Below are positions 8,181 to 16,641 of a stretch of DNA of 46,657 nt, piece after piece. The notes under the pieces are model-generated. The model ran no database searches. It was not told where the DNA came from and worked only from the letters and a program-made list of their open reading frames with translations. Both the position numbers and the translations under genes were made by a program. The stretch's first letter is position 1; each line of letters begins with the position of its first letter. The DNA is taken from the UHGV virus genome UHGV-0180138; one strand, given 5' to 3'. This DNA is from a virus.

Positions 8181-8664
8181 CAGGTTATTAGCCTGCGTTT
8201 ATGTCGCCGTTTTTGTGATCATCAATCTTATTGTTAATCATTGCGGCCCGTGGGTAATTCCGATCACCACGGTAGCCGCCGTGTGTGTCAATATGATGAT
8301 CCGTGACCTCCTGTTATATGACGGCGGCCTGAAATGGTCGGCTACAACATGCGCCGCCGCTGGCGCAATCACGGTGCTGATAAATTACGACGCCGGAATG
8401 GTGGCGATCGCGTCATTCGTCGCGGTTGTTTCCGGTGCGCTTATTTCTGGCGGCGTTTACCGGGTTTTGCCTGGTGGCTTTGATTCTAAACGTTGGCCTG
8501 CAAATATAGCTTCAGCCATTGGTGATGCGTTAATTTTCCCGACGCTATCGTTTATGGCATTTATGCCGGAAATATCAGCTATGCAATTCATCTCAAAAAT
8601 GGCAGCGGTAACGGTGATTACTATCATCATGCGCCGCTATTTCACGTTTGAGGGCAGAAAATGA
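8161..8664 (+). CDS. multi-pass membrane protein, possible YhhQ/VUT-type transporter
   Basis: About five hydrophobic segments; loose resemblance to queuosine-precursor transporter family; assignment weak. Confidence 0.45.
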   Translation: MERVTIDRLLACVYVAVFVIINLIVNHCGPWVIPITTVAAVCVNMMIRDLLLYDGGLKWSATTCAAAGAITVLINYDAGMVAIASFVAVVSGALISGGVYRVLPGGFDSKRWPANIASAIGDALIFPTLSFMAFMPEISAMQFISKMAAVTVITIIMRRYFTFEGRK

Positions 8665-9188
8665 ATTGGGATGATTATTTTATATACAATCCGGACACGG
8701 GTAAGTTGTACTGGAAATATAGAAATGACATAGAAGAATCAAGGCGTAAACAATGGAATGCGTGTAATGCTGGTCATGAAGTTGGGCATATTGGCGGAAG
8801 CGGTGGGTATCTTAATACAACGCTTACCGTGGGTGGAAAGCGTTATAATTTAAAGGTGCATAGAATATGTTACGAGATGTACTATGGACCAATACCTGAA
8901 GGTAAGGAGGTTGATCATATAAATCACGTTAAAACAGATAATCGAGCCATCAATCTTGGATTAAAAGACCATAAAGATAATATGCGCAACATGTCTTTAA
9001 TGGTAAACAATACCAGTGGGTGCGCTGGTATCCATAAAAATAAACATGGTAAATGGGTTGTTAGAATCGGTGGAGGCAAAAGAGGTAATAGAATTTATAT
9101 AGGGTGTTTTTCTGATATTAATGACGCAATAAAAGCTAGGCGCGACGCTGAAAAAGAGTATGGCTATCATGAAAATCACGGCAAATAG
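8661..9188 (+). CDS. HNH endonuclease (HNH_3 + AP2-like domain)
   Basis: VHRICYEMYYGPIPEGKEVDHINHVKTDNRAINL HNH motif; paralog of 21849-22352. Confidence 0.75.
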   Translation: MNWDDYFIYNPDTGKLYWKYRNDIEESRRKQWNACNAGHEVGHIGGSGGYLNTTLTVGGKRYNLKVHRICYEMYYGPIPEGKEVDHINHVKTDNRAINLGLKDHKDNMRNMSLMVNNTSGCAGIHKNKHGKWVVRIGGGKRGNRIYIGCFSDINDAIKARRDAEKEYGYHENHGK

Positions 9189-9879
9189 AACGGCTTATTC
9201 AATGTTTGATGGATCTGGAATCATGCTTCTTGAGTATGCGAAGGCTGGTTATCAGTGCTATTGTTTTAATGCTGATGAGGGCAATCATGGTGAATATTTT
9301 ATTAAAATGAAACATAAAAATTTGCATTATGTGAATATATGGATTGATGAAAATTTTATTGATAACATCATCAAAATGGATATCCAGAAGCCTGATATTG
9401 TATTTGGCTTTCCAGACTGTACTATGTTTGCGCAGTCTGGTAGTAAACATGTTCGTGATAATAACGATGTTATGGTGGCGCTAAAAAATGCAATCATGGT
9501 TGAAAGTGTAGGTAATTATTTTGGTGTTCCGTGGATGGCTGAAAATCCTGTAGGAAGACTGTCAACATTATGGCGCAAGCCAGATTTTTATTTTAATCCG
9601 CGTGATTTCGGTAATTATCTTGATGAATCTGATGGATCGTTTCATCCAAAAATGCCGTTGAAGGATGGGTATACCAAAAAAACAGCTATTTGGCATGGCA
9701 ACGGATTTATTGAGCCTAAGCGCAATCCTTTAAGCGACAATGAAGGTGTGATGTTTTTTTGGGGTTGGCGATGGTTAGGAGGCAAATCAGCAAAGACAAA
9801 ACAGCTTCGTTCACTCACACCGCGCGGCTTTGCCCGTGCTGTATTCCTGGCTAACCATGACCGCGTTTTACCGGACTAA
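9160..9879 (+). CDS. short DNA cytosine-C5 methyltransferase-like protein
   Basis: 239 aa; motif I-like FDGSGIM, motif IV-like GFPDCTMFAQSG (cf. GFPCQ), motif VI-like ENPVG (cf. ENV); unusually short, no obvious target-recognition domain. Confidence 0.5.
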   Translation: MAIMKITANRTAYSMFDGSGIMLLEYAKAGYQCYCFNADEGNHGEYFIKMKHKNLHYVNIWIDENFIDNIIKMDIQKPDIVFGFPDCTMFAQSGSKHVRDNNDVMVALKNAIMVESVGNYFGVPWMAENPVGRLSTLWRKPDFYFNPRDFGNYLDESDGSFHPKMPLKDGYTKKTAIWHGNGFIEPKRNPLSDNEGVMFFWGWRWLGGKSAKTKQLRSLTPRGFARAVFLANHDRVLPD

Positions 9880-9880
9880 A

Positions 9881-9961
9881 GTTTACAAAATGGCGTCATT
9901 GCGTGATGCGGATCACATAATGGCGCTTTTTGCCTTGTTTTGGGGTATCCATTTTGTATAC
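9881..9961. promoter_or_regulatory. inverted pair of conserved motif (GTTTACAAAATGGCG at 9881-9895 plus; GTATACAAAATGGA at 9961-9948 minus)
   Basis: Direct reading; intergenic gap after methyltransferase gene. Confidence 0.5.
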
Positions 9962-10038
9962 TTCAAGCAAACAAAATGCTCTTTAAAAATCCGGCAGCGC
10001 TGAAATGCGTAGAAATCACCTGAAAAGGAGAGAGCATT

Positions 10039-10215
10039 ATGTCTTTTGATGATTACCAATGGCATGACGACTATGAACGAGAAAGCGTCATGCGTGCAAT
10101 GTGCAATGTATGCAGCACGAAGAAAGGAGGCTGTAACGAGTGCAACGAATGCTTAGATCATTGGCTAAGGGCCGGACACGCCGAAAGGCTGAACGAAACA
10201 GAGAATCAAAAATAA
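10039..10215 (+). CDS. small Cys-rich protein (58 aa), zinc-ribbon-like
   Basis: ATG with SD AAGGAGAG; CNVCSTKKGGCNECNEC; below track cutoff. Confidence 0.4.
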   Translation: MSFDDYQWHDDYERESVMRAMCNVCSTKKGGCNECNECLDHWLRAGHAERLNETENQK

Positions 10216-10229
10216 TCGGGGTGGTTTTT

Positions 10230-10835
10230 ATGCAAAACCCTAAAAAACCCATAAGACGCCGTTGCAAATGCTGCGGCGTTTTTTTTGAGCCTAAATATCA
10301 CAATCAAACGTGGTGCAGCGATGAATGTCTGGAAGAACTGAAGTTTGATCAGCTATGTCGCGACCGTGAGAAGGCTATGAAGGCTATGGAGCGGAAGAAA
10401 CGCCGGGATAGCCAGCGTGAAGAACGCAACCGGAAGCGTAAACAGTTAAATCCGCGTAGTTATTGGTTAAAGCAGGCGCAATCGGTATTTAATGCATATA
10501 TCCGCGAACGCGACGCGGGTCAGCCGTGTATATCTTGCGGGACTTATTACGGCGATCAGTGTTCCTGGGATGCCGGGCACTATAGAACGGTTGCTGCCGC
10601 AGGGCACCTTCGTTTTAACGAAGATAACTGCCATCGCCAATGCAGGCACTGCAACCAGACATTAGACGGCAACATAGCAGCTTATCGCCCTGCACTGATT
10701 AGAAAAATTGGCCTCGCCAGGGTGGAAGCGCTGGAGAACAACAACGATACGCATAAATGGACGATCGAAGAATGTAAAGAGATTATAAAAATCTATCAGG
10801 CGAAATTGGACGCCTTAAGGAGAAAGGCAGCATGA
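10230..10835 (+). CDS. ninG: NinG/Rap-family recombination endonuclease
   Basis: Strong similarity pattern to lambda NinG (CISCG...WDAGHYRT...LRFNE...HRWTIEECK); start at in-frame ATG 10230 within track ORF. Confidence 0.8.
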   Translation: MQNPKKPIRRRCKCCGVFFEPKYHNQTWCSDECLEELKFDQLCRDREKAMKAMERKKRRDSQREERNRKRKQLNPRSYWLKQAQSVFNAYIRERDAGQPCISCGTYYGDQCSWDAGHYRTVAAAGHLRFNEDNCHRQCRHCNQTLDGNIAAYRPALIRKIGLARVEALENNNDTHKWTIEECKEIIKIYQAKLDALRRKAA

Positions 10836-11239
10836 ATGAATATTCTTTTAGCCTGCCTTACCCGCCATCGAATAACCGCTATTACCGACATTCGCGCGGT
10901 TTTCACTATATCAGCAAAGTGGGGAAGGAATACCGGGAACAAGTAAAAGACATCATCGAATTATTAAATTTAGACATTAACCTATCTTGCCGACTGGCAA
11001 TCGCCATTTATGCCGCGCCGCCGGATAACCGGATCAGAGATCTGGATAATATCCCAAAATGCCTTTTTGACAGCCTTACTTACGCCGGATTCTGGACTGA
11101 CGACGGACAAATCGACTCAATAAAAATTGTACGCTGCCGGAAGGTAAAAGGCGGGCGATTGTTTATCAAGGTACGCGAACGCGGCGACCTGCTACCGGAT
11201 ATTGACGAATACGCGACCAATATGTGGAGTGAGCAATGA
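10832..11239 (+). CDS. rusA: Holliday junction resolvase RusA
   Basis: PYPPSNNRYYRHSRG and DLDNIPKCLFDSLTYAGFWTDDGQI match RusA. Confidence 0.85.
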   Translation: MNEYSFSLPYPPSNNRYYRHSRGFHYISKVGKEYREQVKDIIELLNLDINLSCRLAIAIYAAPPDNRIRDLDNIPKCLFDSLTYAGFWTDDGQIDSIKIVRCRKVKGGRLFIKVRERGDLLPDIDEYATNMWSEQ

Positions 11240-11418
11240 AAAACGAAGTTAAAGATCTGCAAATAGATATTCAGCGCGACGAACGTGATTTAGAGACGGT
11301 CCGACAAATCCAGGCTTTCCACATGCGCGAATTACTTGCGCTGAAAGAGTTTGAAAGAAAGCTGGTGCAATCCATTTCTGATCGTAAATGCCTTATTGCT
11401 CGTTACGGGGGGAAATAA
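11236..11418 (+). CDS. hypothetical protein
   Basis: 60-aa ORF. Confidence 0.45.
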   Translation: MKNEVKDLQIDIQRDERDLETVRQIQAFHMRELLALKEFERKLVQSISDRKCLIARYGGK

Positions 11419-12140
11419 TGAATTTAGAATCCATTCTGAAATTCCACTTCCCAAAATCACCGCGATTATCAGACGAAAGCCGGGGAACATCACCTGATGC
11501 ACTTAATACTACTGATGCGCTTACCGCCGCTGGTATGGCGCAATCGCGCGTAGAGCTTGGTTATAGCGCTTTTCTAGGGAAGATGGAACTATCACAAGCC
11601 GAAAAACACAGGGCCGTAGTTTTGCTTACAGAGCGTTTAAGAGCTATGGCAAAAGATTACGAATACGTCATGGAACTGGAGGAGAGCCAGCGCAATGATT
11701 TTATTATTCTTGTTGCCGTTTTCGCGTTTCGGGATTATTGCCAAAGCGCCGCGACGGAAAAAACTTGTATGGAGTGCGGCGGATATAAATTTACGTTTGA
11801 CGAATACGGAGAAAAACACCTTTGCAAAAAATGCAAGGGGCACGGGAAAGTTCGCAATCATTGTAAACAATGCAAGGGGCGCGGCGAGATACCGGATAAA
11901 ACAGCCAGCAATGCGGCAGAAATGCCAGTCTTCAAAACGTGCCAGCACTGTGGCGGGCGCGGGTACTCGCGTTTCCCGGTAGATCTCGTCCGGCAGGCTG
12001 TTAACCAGCTTGTTTTCCCGGTAAGCCGATCAACATGGTGGAAGAAATACAGGGTTTTCTATGAGGACGCCATAGCGGAGCTATTCAAAGAAGAAGCCCG
12101 CGCGGAAAGCGAAATCAAGCGAGTGACACGGGGTGAATAA
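11418..12140 (+). CDS. Q-like late regulator candidate with four CxxCxGxG zinc-finger repeats
   Basis: Follows ninG-rusA as Q does in lambdoid phages; CMECGG/CKKCKGHG/CKQCKGRG/CQHCGGRG; start ATG 11418 overlaps upstream stop; function inferred from position. Confidence 0.35.
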   Translation: MNLESILKFHFPKSPRLSDESRGTSPDALNTTDALTAAGMAQSRVELGYSAFLGKMELSQAEKHRAVVLLTERLRAMAKDYEYVMELEESQRNDFIILVAVFAFRDYCQSAATEKTCMECGGYKFTFDEYGEKHLCKKCKGHGKVRNHCKQCKGRGEIPDKTASNAAEMPVFKTCQHCGGRGYSRFPVDLVRQAVNQLVFPVSRSTWWKKYRVFYEDAIAELFKEEARAESEIKRVTRGE

Positions 12141-12340
12141 TGGATAAGCTGGAAATAAACGATCAGTTCGCTGTTATCTTATTTGAAGACAAAACAGGCG
12201 GCGCATGGTGTAAGAAAGTTACTGGTGCGGAAGCGCGTTTAATATTAGGTATGGCAAGCGCGTTAAATGAAGGCGAATTGCCTGCCATTCCTGTTAAGCC
12301 AGTGCATATCTATAAGCGGGGCGATGATGAAAATAATTAA
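12140..12340 (+). CDS. hypothetical protein
   Basis: 66-aa ORF. Confidence 0.45.
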   Translation: MDKLEINDQFAVILFEDKTGGAWCKKVTGAEARLILGMASALNEGELPAIPVKPVHIYKRGDDENN

Positions 12341-12674
12341 TATCGGGTGGTTATATTGCGAAAACTGCTACGAAGACGGCATGCTCGTTAAGACTGAAAA
12401 AGGTTGTGGCCTCTTTCTGTATCAAGGCGATAAGTTTGTTTGTCCGCGATGCGGTGGTAGTGGTGAGATAGAAATTATTGAAGATAACGCCGAAGCGCCA
12501 GAACCAGAGCGCATTGTCCTTGACGAAAAAATAAAAATTCATCCTGATTTATTACAGCAAATTATCGATCACGTATCGGCAGCAGCAATCTACAGCAATA
12601 ACAATTATCAGCGTGAAATTAACGTCAAACGTGCGATTGAGCAGTATTTCGAGGGTGATGATAATGAAGCCTAA
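12324..12674 (+). CDS. hypothetical protein with CxxC...CxxC zinc-ribbon motif
   Basis: CENC...CPRCGG. Confidence 0.5.
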   Translation: MMKIINIGWLYCENCYEDGMLVKTEKGCGLFLYQGDKFVCPRCGGSGEIEIIEDNAEAPEPERIVLDEKIKIHPDLLQQIIDHVSAAAIYSNNNYQREINVKRAIEQYFEGDDNEA

Positions 12675-12936
12675 ATTAAAAGAACATATTTACCGCCAGT
12701 TGGTTAACGAGCTTGCGGATACAGCACGATATTACGCCGGGACACAACAGCTACGCGGGCGGCTATCTTCGGTTGTTAACCGCTATATTGATGCCGGATG
12801 CCATCGCAAAGGTGAAATTACGATGGATGAAGCCATCAAGCGCCGGACGGCTGAATGGTCAGTTAGTAACACCGGATTGACCGGATACATTGAAGGCTAT
12901 AACGACTGTTTACAGGATCATAGCGATGGCAAGTAA
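12664..12936 (+). CDS. hypothetical protein
   Basis: ATG 12664 with SD GAGGGTG. Confidence 0.5.
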   Translation: MKPKLKEHIYRQLVNELADTARYYAGTQQLRGRLSSVVNRYIDAGCHRKGEITMDEAIKRRTAEWSVSNTGLTGYIEGYNDCLQDHSDGK

Positions 12937-13234
12937 AGATCTACATTTAAACCTGAAAGGAGAATACTTTTACGCTATCCGGGCGAGAAAGAAGGTGGAG
13001 GAATACCGACTTTATAATGACTACTGGCGTAAACGCCTGGAAGGGCGGGAATATGAACGCCTGATCATTAAGCTGGGCTATCCAGCCAGCCACGAAACAC
13101 ACCGGATCATAAACCTGCCTTATTTCGGGTATGAAGTGAAAACTATCACACATCCATTGTTCGGCCCTGATCCTGTAAAGGTATTCGCAATTAAGTGTGA
13201 TGTGAATTGGATGTTAAGGTGGGGTGAGCAATGA
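12926..13234 (+). CDS. hypothetical protein
   Basis: ATG 12926 within track ORF 12890-13234. Confidence 0.5.
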   Translation: MASKDLHLNLKGEYFYAIRARKKVEEYRLYNDYWRKRLEGREYERLIIKLGYPASHETHRIINLPYFGYEVKTITHPLFGPDPVKVFAIKCDVNWMLRWGEQ

Positions 13235-13446
13235 AAAAAGCTGGCCTGTCAATTAACCGCGTATTGTGCGGCGACGAAAACGAGATCCGCATAGAAATTA
13301 AATTTAGCACAGGTAAAGAGATAATCCTTTACACGACACCTGAAAACCTGACGCTGGCACTTACTGGTAAATCTGAAACGCCGTGCGACGTCAGGTTACG
13401 CAATATTGAAATCAAGGAATTAAGGAAGGGTAAAAATGAAAAGTAA
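13231..13446 (+). CDS. hypothetical protein
   Basis: 71-aa ORF. Confidence 0.45.
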   Translation: MKKAGLSINRVLCGDENEIRIEIKFSTGKEIILYTTPENLTLALTGKSETPCDVRLRNIEIKELRKGKNEK

Positions 13447-13654
13447 CCGTAAACGCCTGGTAAGGGCGTACGATAAAGCATTAAAGGCTTTTGATGACCT
13501 GCGACACAATAAGCGCCAGCGCCGCAAGTGGGCGCGAATGCTTGTTAATGAATGGCATTATCCTGATGCTGCCTTGATAGAAGGCGCACCGCCATTTACA
13601 CAGGAGCAAGCCGACGAAGTGGCTAACGATAACGTTTACTATATGATGTGGTGA
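13436..13654 (+). CDS. hypothetical protein, paralog A of tandem pair
   Basis: MKSNRKRLVRAYDKAL...DNVYYMMW; first 17 nt identical to next gene. Confidence 0.55.
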   Translation: MKSNRKRLVRAYDKALKAFDDLRHNKRQRRKWARMLVNEWHYPDAALIEGAPPFTQEQADEVANDNVYYMMW

Positions 13655-13658
13655 CAAT

Positions 13659-13895
13659 ATGAAAAGTAACCGTAAGCGCATGATAAGAGCATATGATAGA
13701 GCGTTAATCGAATTTAACGAACTATCACGCAGTAAGCGCCGCCGCAGACAATTCGCGCGACTTCTTTTTCATGTATGGCACGACGCTGATTTCTTTTTTG
13801 ATGCCAGACATATAACACAGGAAGATGCGGATAATATAGCTTACGATAACGTTTACTACATATTAAGAAGGTGGGAATATGAAAATAATCATTGA
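13659..13895 (+). CDS. hypothetical protein, paralog B of tandem pair
   Basis: MKSNRKRMIRAYDRAL...DNVYYILRRW. Confidence 0.55.
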   Translation: MKSNRKRMIRAYDRALIEFNELSRSKRRRRQFARLLFHVWHDADFFFDARHITQEDADNIAYDNVYYILRRWEYENNH

Positions 13896-14244
13896 TTACC
13901 TTTGCCATGTATTCAATACAATTTTCGGCTTTTATCAACAACCGTTTCTCAAAGAATGGGATTCGATGCTAAACGACATCCTCGACAAAGGATTAATAAT
14001 GGAGGTTGACGAGCTTACAATCAAAATTAATTACGAAGGTGATGAATACCAAATCTGGGTAGGTAATAGATGGTATGCATACGCTCATCTTTATTCGCTA
14101 AATGGAAAACTCATCCCTAGCAGACAGGAATTTAGACCGCGTTTCCGCACAATGCGCCGACTGCATGATCTGCATATGAATATATTTGAAGATCAGGAAG
14201 AACGGGAACTATTCAAAATTTACGGGGATAAATCATGGAGCTAA
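13879..14244 (+). CDS. hypothetical protein
   Basis: 121-aa ORF. Confidence 0.5.
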   Translation: MKIIIDYLCHVFNTIFGFYQQPFLKEWDSMLNDILDKGLIMEVDELTIKINYEGDEYQIWVGNRWYAYAHLYSLNGKLIPSRQEFRPRFRTMRRLHDLHMNIFEDQEERELFKIYGDKSWS

Positions 14245-14465
14245 AAATCTGGCAGGCTATCGACGTAGTTGATAACGAATTATCCATGTTTGCCACTGAT
14301 GGAAAGCGCGTGGTGATCGCTACATGGACGCATAACCATGATGATATTGTTTTTCGTCGCAAGGCTGCGGAGTGGCTTTTCTCTGACAACGGCTACACGA
14401 TGAATATCATGCAGCTTTCCAGAATGAAGGATGAAAAGCTGGTAGACAGCTACACAACTGCATAG
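14235..14465 (+). CDS. hypothetical protein
   Basis: 76-aa ORF. Confidence 0.45.
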   Translation: MELKIWQAIDVVDNELSMFATDGKRVVIATWTHNHDDIVFRRKAAEWLFSDNGYTMNIMQLSRMKDEKLVDSYTTA

Positions 14466-14475
14466 CGGGGTAAAT

Positions 14476-14709
14476 ATGCGTATCTATGAACACAAGCGGG
14501 ATAAAACCCGCTTTTTTGTTCGTGCTGGCGTGGCGTACCAGTATCACGACTGCGGATATATTGAGGCGCTTGCTTACGACCTTGATTTCGAACAAGAAAA
14601 AGAATGGTTTGACTTTAAGATTTACCGGAAGCGCAAACCGACGCGCGACGAGCGCCACGCTATCCGTGATTTCTTAATCAGCATTGACCGCTGGGAGGCA
14701 GAGGAATGA
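14476..14709 (+). CDS. hypothetical protein
   Basis: 77-aa ORF. Confidence 0.45.
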   Translation: MRIYEHKRDKTRFFVRAGVAYQYHDCGYIEALAYDLDFEQEKEWFDFKIYRKRKPTRDERHAIRDFLISIDRWEAEE

Positions 14710-14999
14710 AAACGAAGAAAACAGCAGATCAGAAAGCGTTAGTTATCGCTACAACGGACGTGTCGTTATTCACGAAGGGTGAAGAAATAGATCTTAAATT
14801 GCTTTTCGGTATGTTTGAGCCGCACGAAAAGCCGTGGTTTGTTCATGAAGATAAACAGGGAAATATGCGTGTCGTAGTGCCGGATAAAAACAGCGACATA
14901 TTTTTCGCTATTCCAGATCCGTTGCATGACGGTGAAGTGCTGGCGGTATTGTTGATTGCTGATGCTGTTACTTATAAGGGTAAAAAATATGAAAGTTAA
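14706..14999 (+). CDS. hypothetical protein
   Basis: 97-aa ORF. Confidence 0.5.
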   Translation: MKTKKTADQKALVIATTDVSLFTKGEEIDLKLLFGMFEPHEKPWFVHEDKQGNMRVVVPDKNSDIFFAIPDPLHDGEVLAVLLIADAVTYKGKKYES

Positions 15000-15216
15000 A
15001 TTCTTGCACGATCACGGATACCCGTCATTAAAACGCGTGGTAGGGGAAACGGTAGACGTTGTTCATTCTGATGATGTGACCTGCGTCATTATGGGTAAAG
15101 ACCTTATCGCTCACGGTGCTGATGATCACTACATTAACCCGGCGTGGTCATATACGTTTAGCCTGGGCGACTTCGTAGGCGATAAGGGTCGCGGTCTGCA
15201 AGTGGTCGAGGGTTAA
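14989..15216 (+). CDS. hypothetical protein
   Basis: ATG 14989 within track ORF. Confidence 0.45.
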   Translation: MKVKFLHDHGYPSLKRVVGETVDVVHSDDVTCVIMGKDLIAHGADDHYINPAWSYTFSLGDFVGDKGRGLQVVEG

Positions 15217-15220
15217 TATT

Positions 15221-15436
15221 ATGGACGTTTACGAGGATCTATACCTACAGACAAATAGCCGCACTTTTTATTTTCTGAAAAGCGGCGTCGTATATCGCAG
15301 CGACGACGGGGTGATAATGAAAGAGTGGTTATTTAAGCGTAAAGACCTACTTGATGATCTGGTTTTTGCCGGGATATTCCGTAAACGTCCGGCTAACCTG
15401 GAAGAAGAAATGCTGATCGACGAGGTATTAAAATGA
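15221..15436 (+). CDS. hypothetical protein
   Basis: 71-aa ORF. Confidence 0.45.
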   Translation: MDVYEDLYLQTNSRTFYFLKSGVVYRSDDGVIMKEWLFKRKDLLDDLVFAGIFRKRPANLEEEMLIDEVLK

Positions 15437-15684
15437 AAATCAAGGTAAGTTATTTCAGGGCGAAAGATAAGGCCACTGGACGGATGATGGCTATCCTGGT
15501 TAACGAAGCGAATTATATGTTTTTCCTTCAACCGTGGTGTATTGCCGATCTTAATGACGATTATCGACGTCACGCCGCGCGAAGTGCGGTAGGCATGAAA
15601 GGCTGGCAACCGCGCGACATGCTCAATTATTGCGACTGGAATCTGATAGCGAAATACACGGTCGATTATAAAGGGGTTTTCTAA
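15433..15684 (+). CDS. hypothetical protein
   Basis: 83-aa ORF. Confidence 0.5.
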   Translation: MKIKVSYFRAKDKATGRMMAILVNEANYMFFLQPWCIADLNDDYRRHAARSAVGMKGWQPRDMLNYCDWNLIAKYTVDYKGVF

Positions 15685-15890
15685 TGTATGTTCGATGCAC
15701 TGAATCAAAAACATTATGCTTTGAGGTTGGCGGAATATATACCGTAGATCACCTGACTGGTGATGAAAATAACATCCAATACATTAAAGACGATCACGGC
15801 GACGCGTGGCGCTATTGGGATTGTTACGCACGGGGACACGTTACCAGTCATTTCGGTACGGAAGCGATCGCGCGTTTTGTTAAATGGTAA
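15684..15890 (+). CDS. small protein, member 1 of four-gene tandem paralog family
   Basis: VRCTESKTLCFEVGGIYT...DDHGDAWRYW; shared pattern C-x-ES-K-x-x-F-x-x-G-x-Y ... D-x-x-G-x-x-W. Confidence 0.5.
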   Translation: MYVRCTESKTLCFEVGGIYTVDHLTGDENNIQYIKDDHGDAWRYWDCYARGHVTSHFGTEAIARFVKW

Positions 15891-15899
15891 GGGGTAAGC

Positions 15900-16151
15900 A
15901 TGAAGCATTTATATTTTGAGGTATTGCATACGCGCGACCGCAATATTTTTGAAGAAGGTAAGATCTATTGCGGCGTTCAACTACACGGCGCACCGGGCGG
16001 TGAGGCGATGGCGATAACTGGTGATGATGATAAGGTTTATTTTGCTTATGTCACACGCTTTCCACACACTGACAAGGTTTATTATCGCATCGTGCATGAC
16101 TTCCATGGCGTAGCTGTATTTTGTGACCGCGAAGGCAGTAAACCGGAATAG
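15900..16151 (+). CDS. small protein, member 2 of tandem paralog family
   Basis: More divergent; FEEGKIYCG ... GDDDKVYFAY. Confidence 0.45.
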   Translation: MKHLYFEVLHTRDRNIFEEGKIYCGVQLHGAPGGEAMAITGDDDKVYFAYVTRFPHTDKVYYRIVHDFHGVAVFCDREGSKPE

Positions 16152-16160
16152 GTGGTGGTT

Positions 16161-16421
16161 ATGAGTCGGAAACATAGATACCAGTGCACGTACTCACGAT
16201 GCGGCGCGTTTTTTAAGAATGGCAAGATCTACGAGGTTGGCGCGGCATTGGTTGACGCAAAGGATCAGGAATATATTCACGCTATCACTGACGACCAGGG
16301 CCAGTTATGGCGCTTTTATAAGATGGGGTATGGCACGGCGCTTGTTTATGCGCGTGCTGGTGGTGGTGCTTTTGCTGCATTTTCGTATGTAGGGGGTGTG
16401 GGAAATGATTTTAACGTGTAA
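16161..16421 (+). CDS. small protein, member 3 of tandem paralog family
   Basis: ATG 16161 after SD GGTGGTGG; CTYSRCGAFFKNGKIYEV ... DDQGQLWRFY. Confidence 0.5.
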   Translation: MSRKHRYQCTYSRCGAFFKNGKIYEVGAALVDAKDQEYIHAITDDQGQLWRFYKMGYGTALVYARAGGGAFAAFSYVGGVGNDFNV

Positions 16422-16623
16422 TGAGTCGAAATTAGGCTGTTTTGAGGAAGGCGCACAGTATACGGCTGAAAAACCAATGGGATTGTCCCCTAAATTTCCG
16501 TTTATCGTCGTGACTGACACTTACGGTCACTTATGGTATGCAGGGCCGCTAGGCGGTATTGGTCGTTATGTTGTCCGTAGTTGTGATGGGGCGATGAAAG
16601 TTACCTTTACGGAAGAAACATAA
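16405..16623 (+). CDS. small protein, member 4 of tandem paralog family
   Basis: ATG 16405 after SD GGGGGTG; LTCNESKLGCFEEGAQYT ... DTYGHLWYAG. Confidence 0.5.
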   Translation: MILTCNESKLGCFEEGAQYTAEKPMGLSPKFPFIVVTDTYGHLWYAGPLGGIGRYVVRSCDGAMKVTFTEET

Positions 16624-16641
16624 ATGTGATCTACCTCGCAA

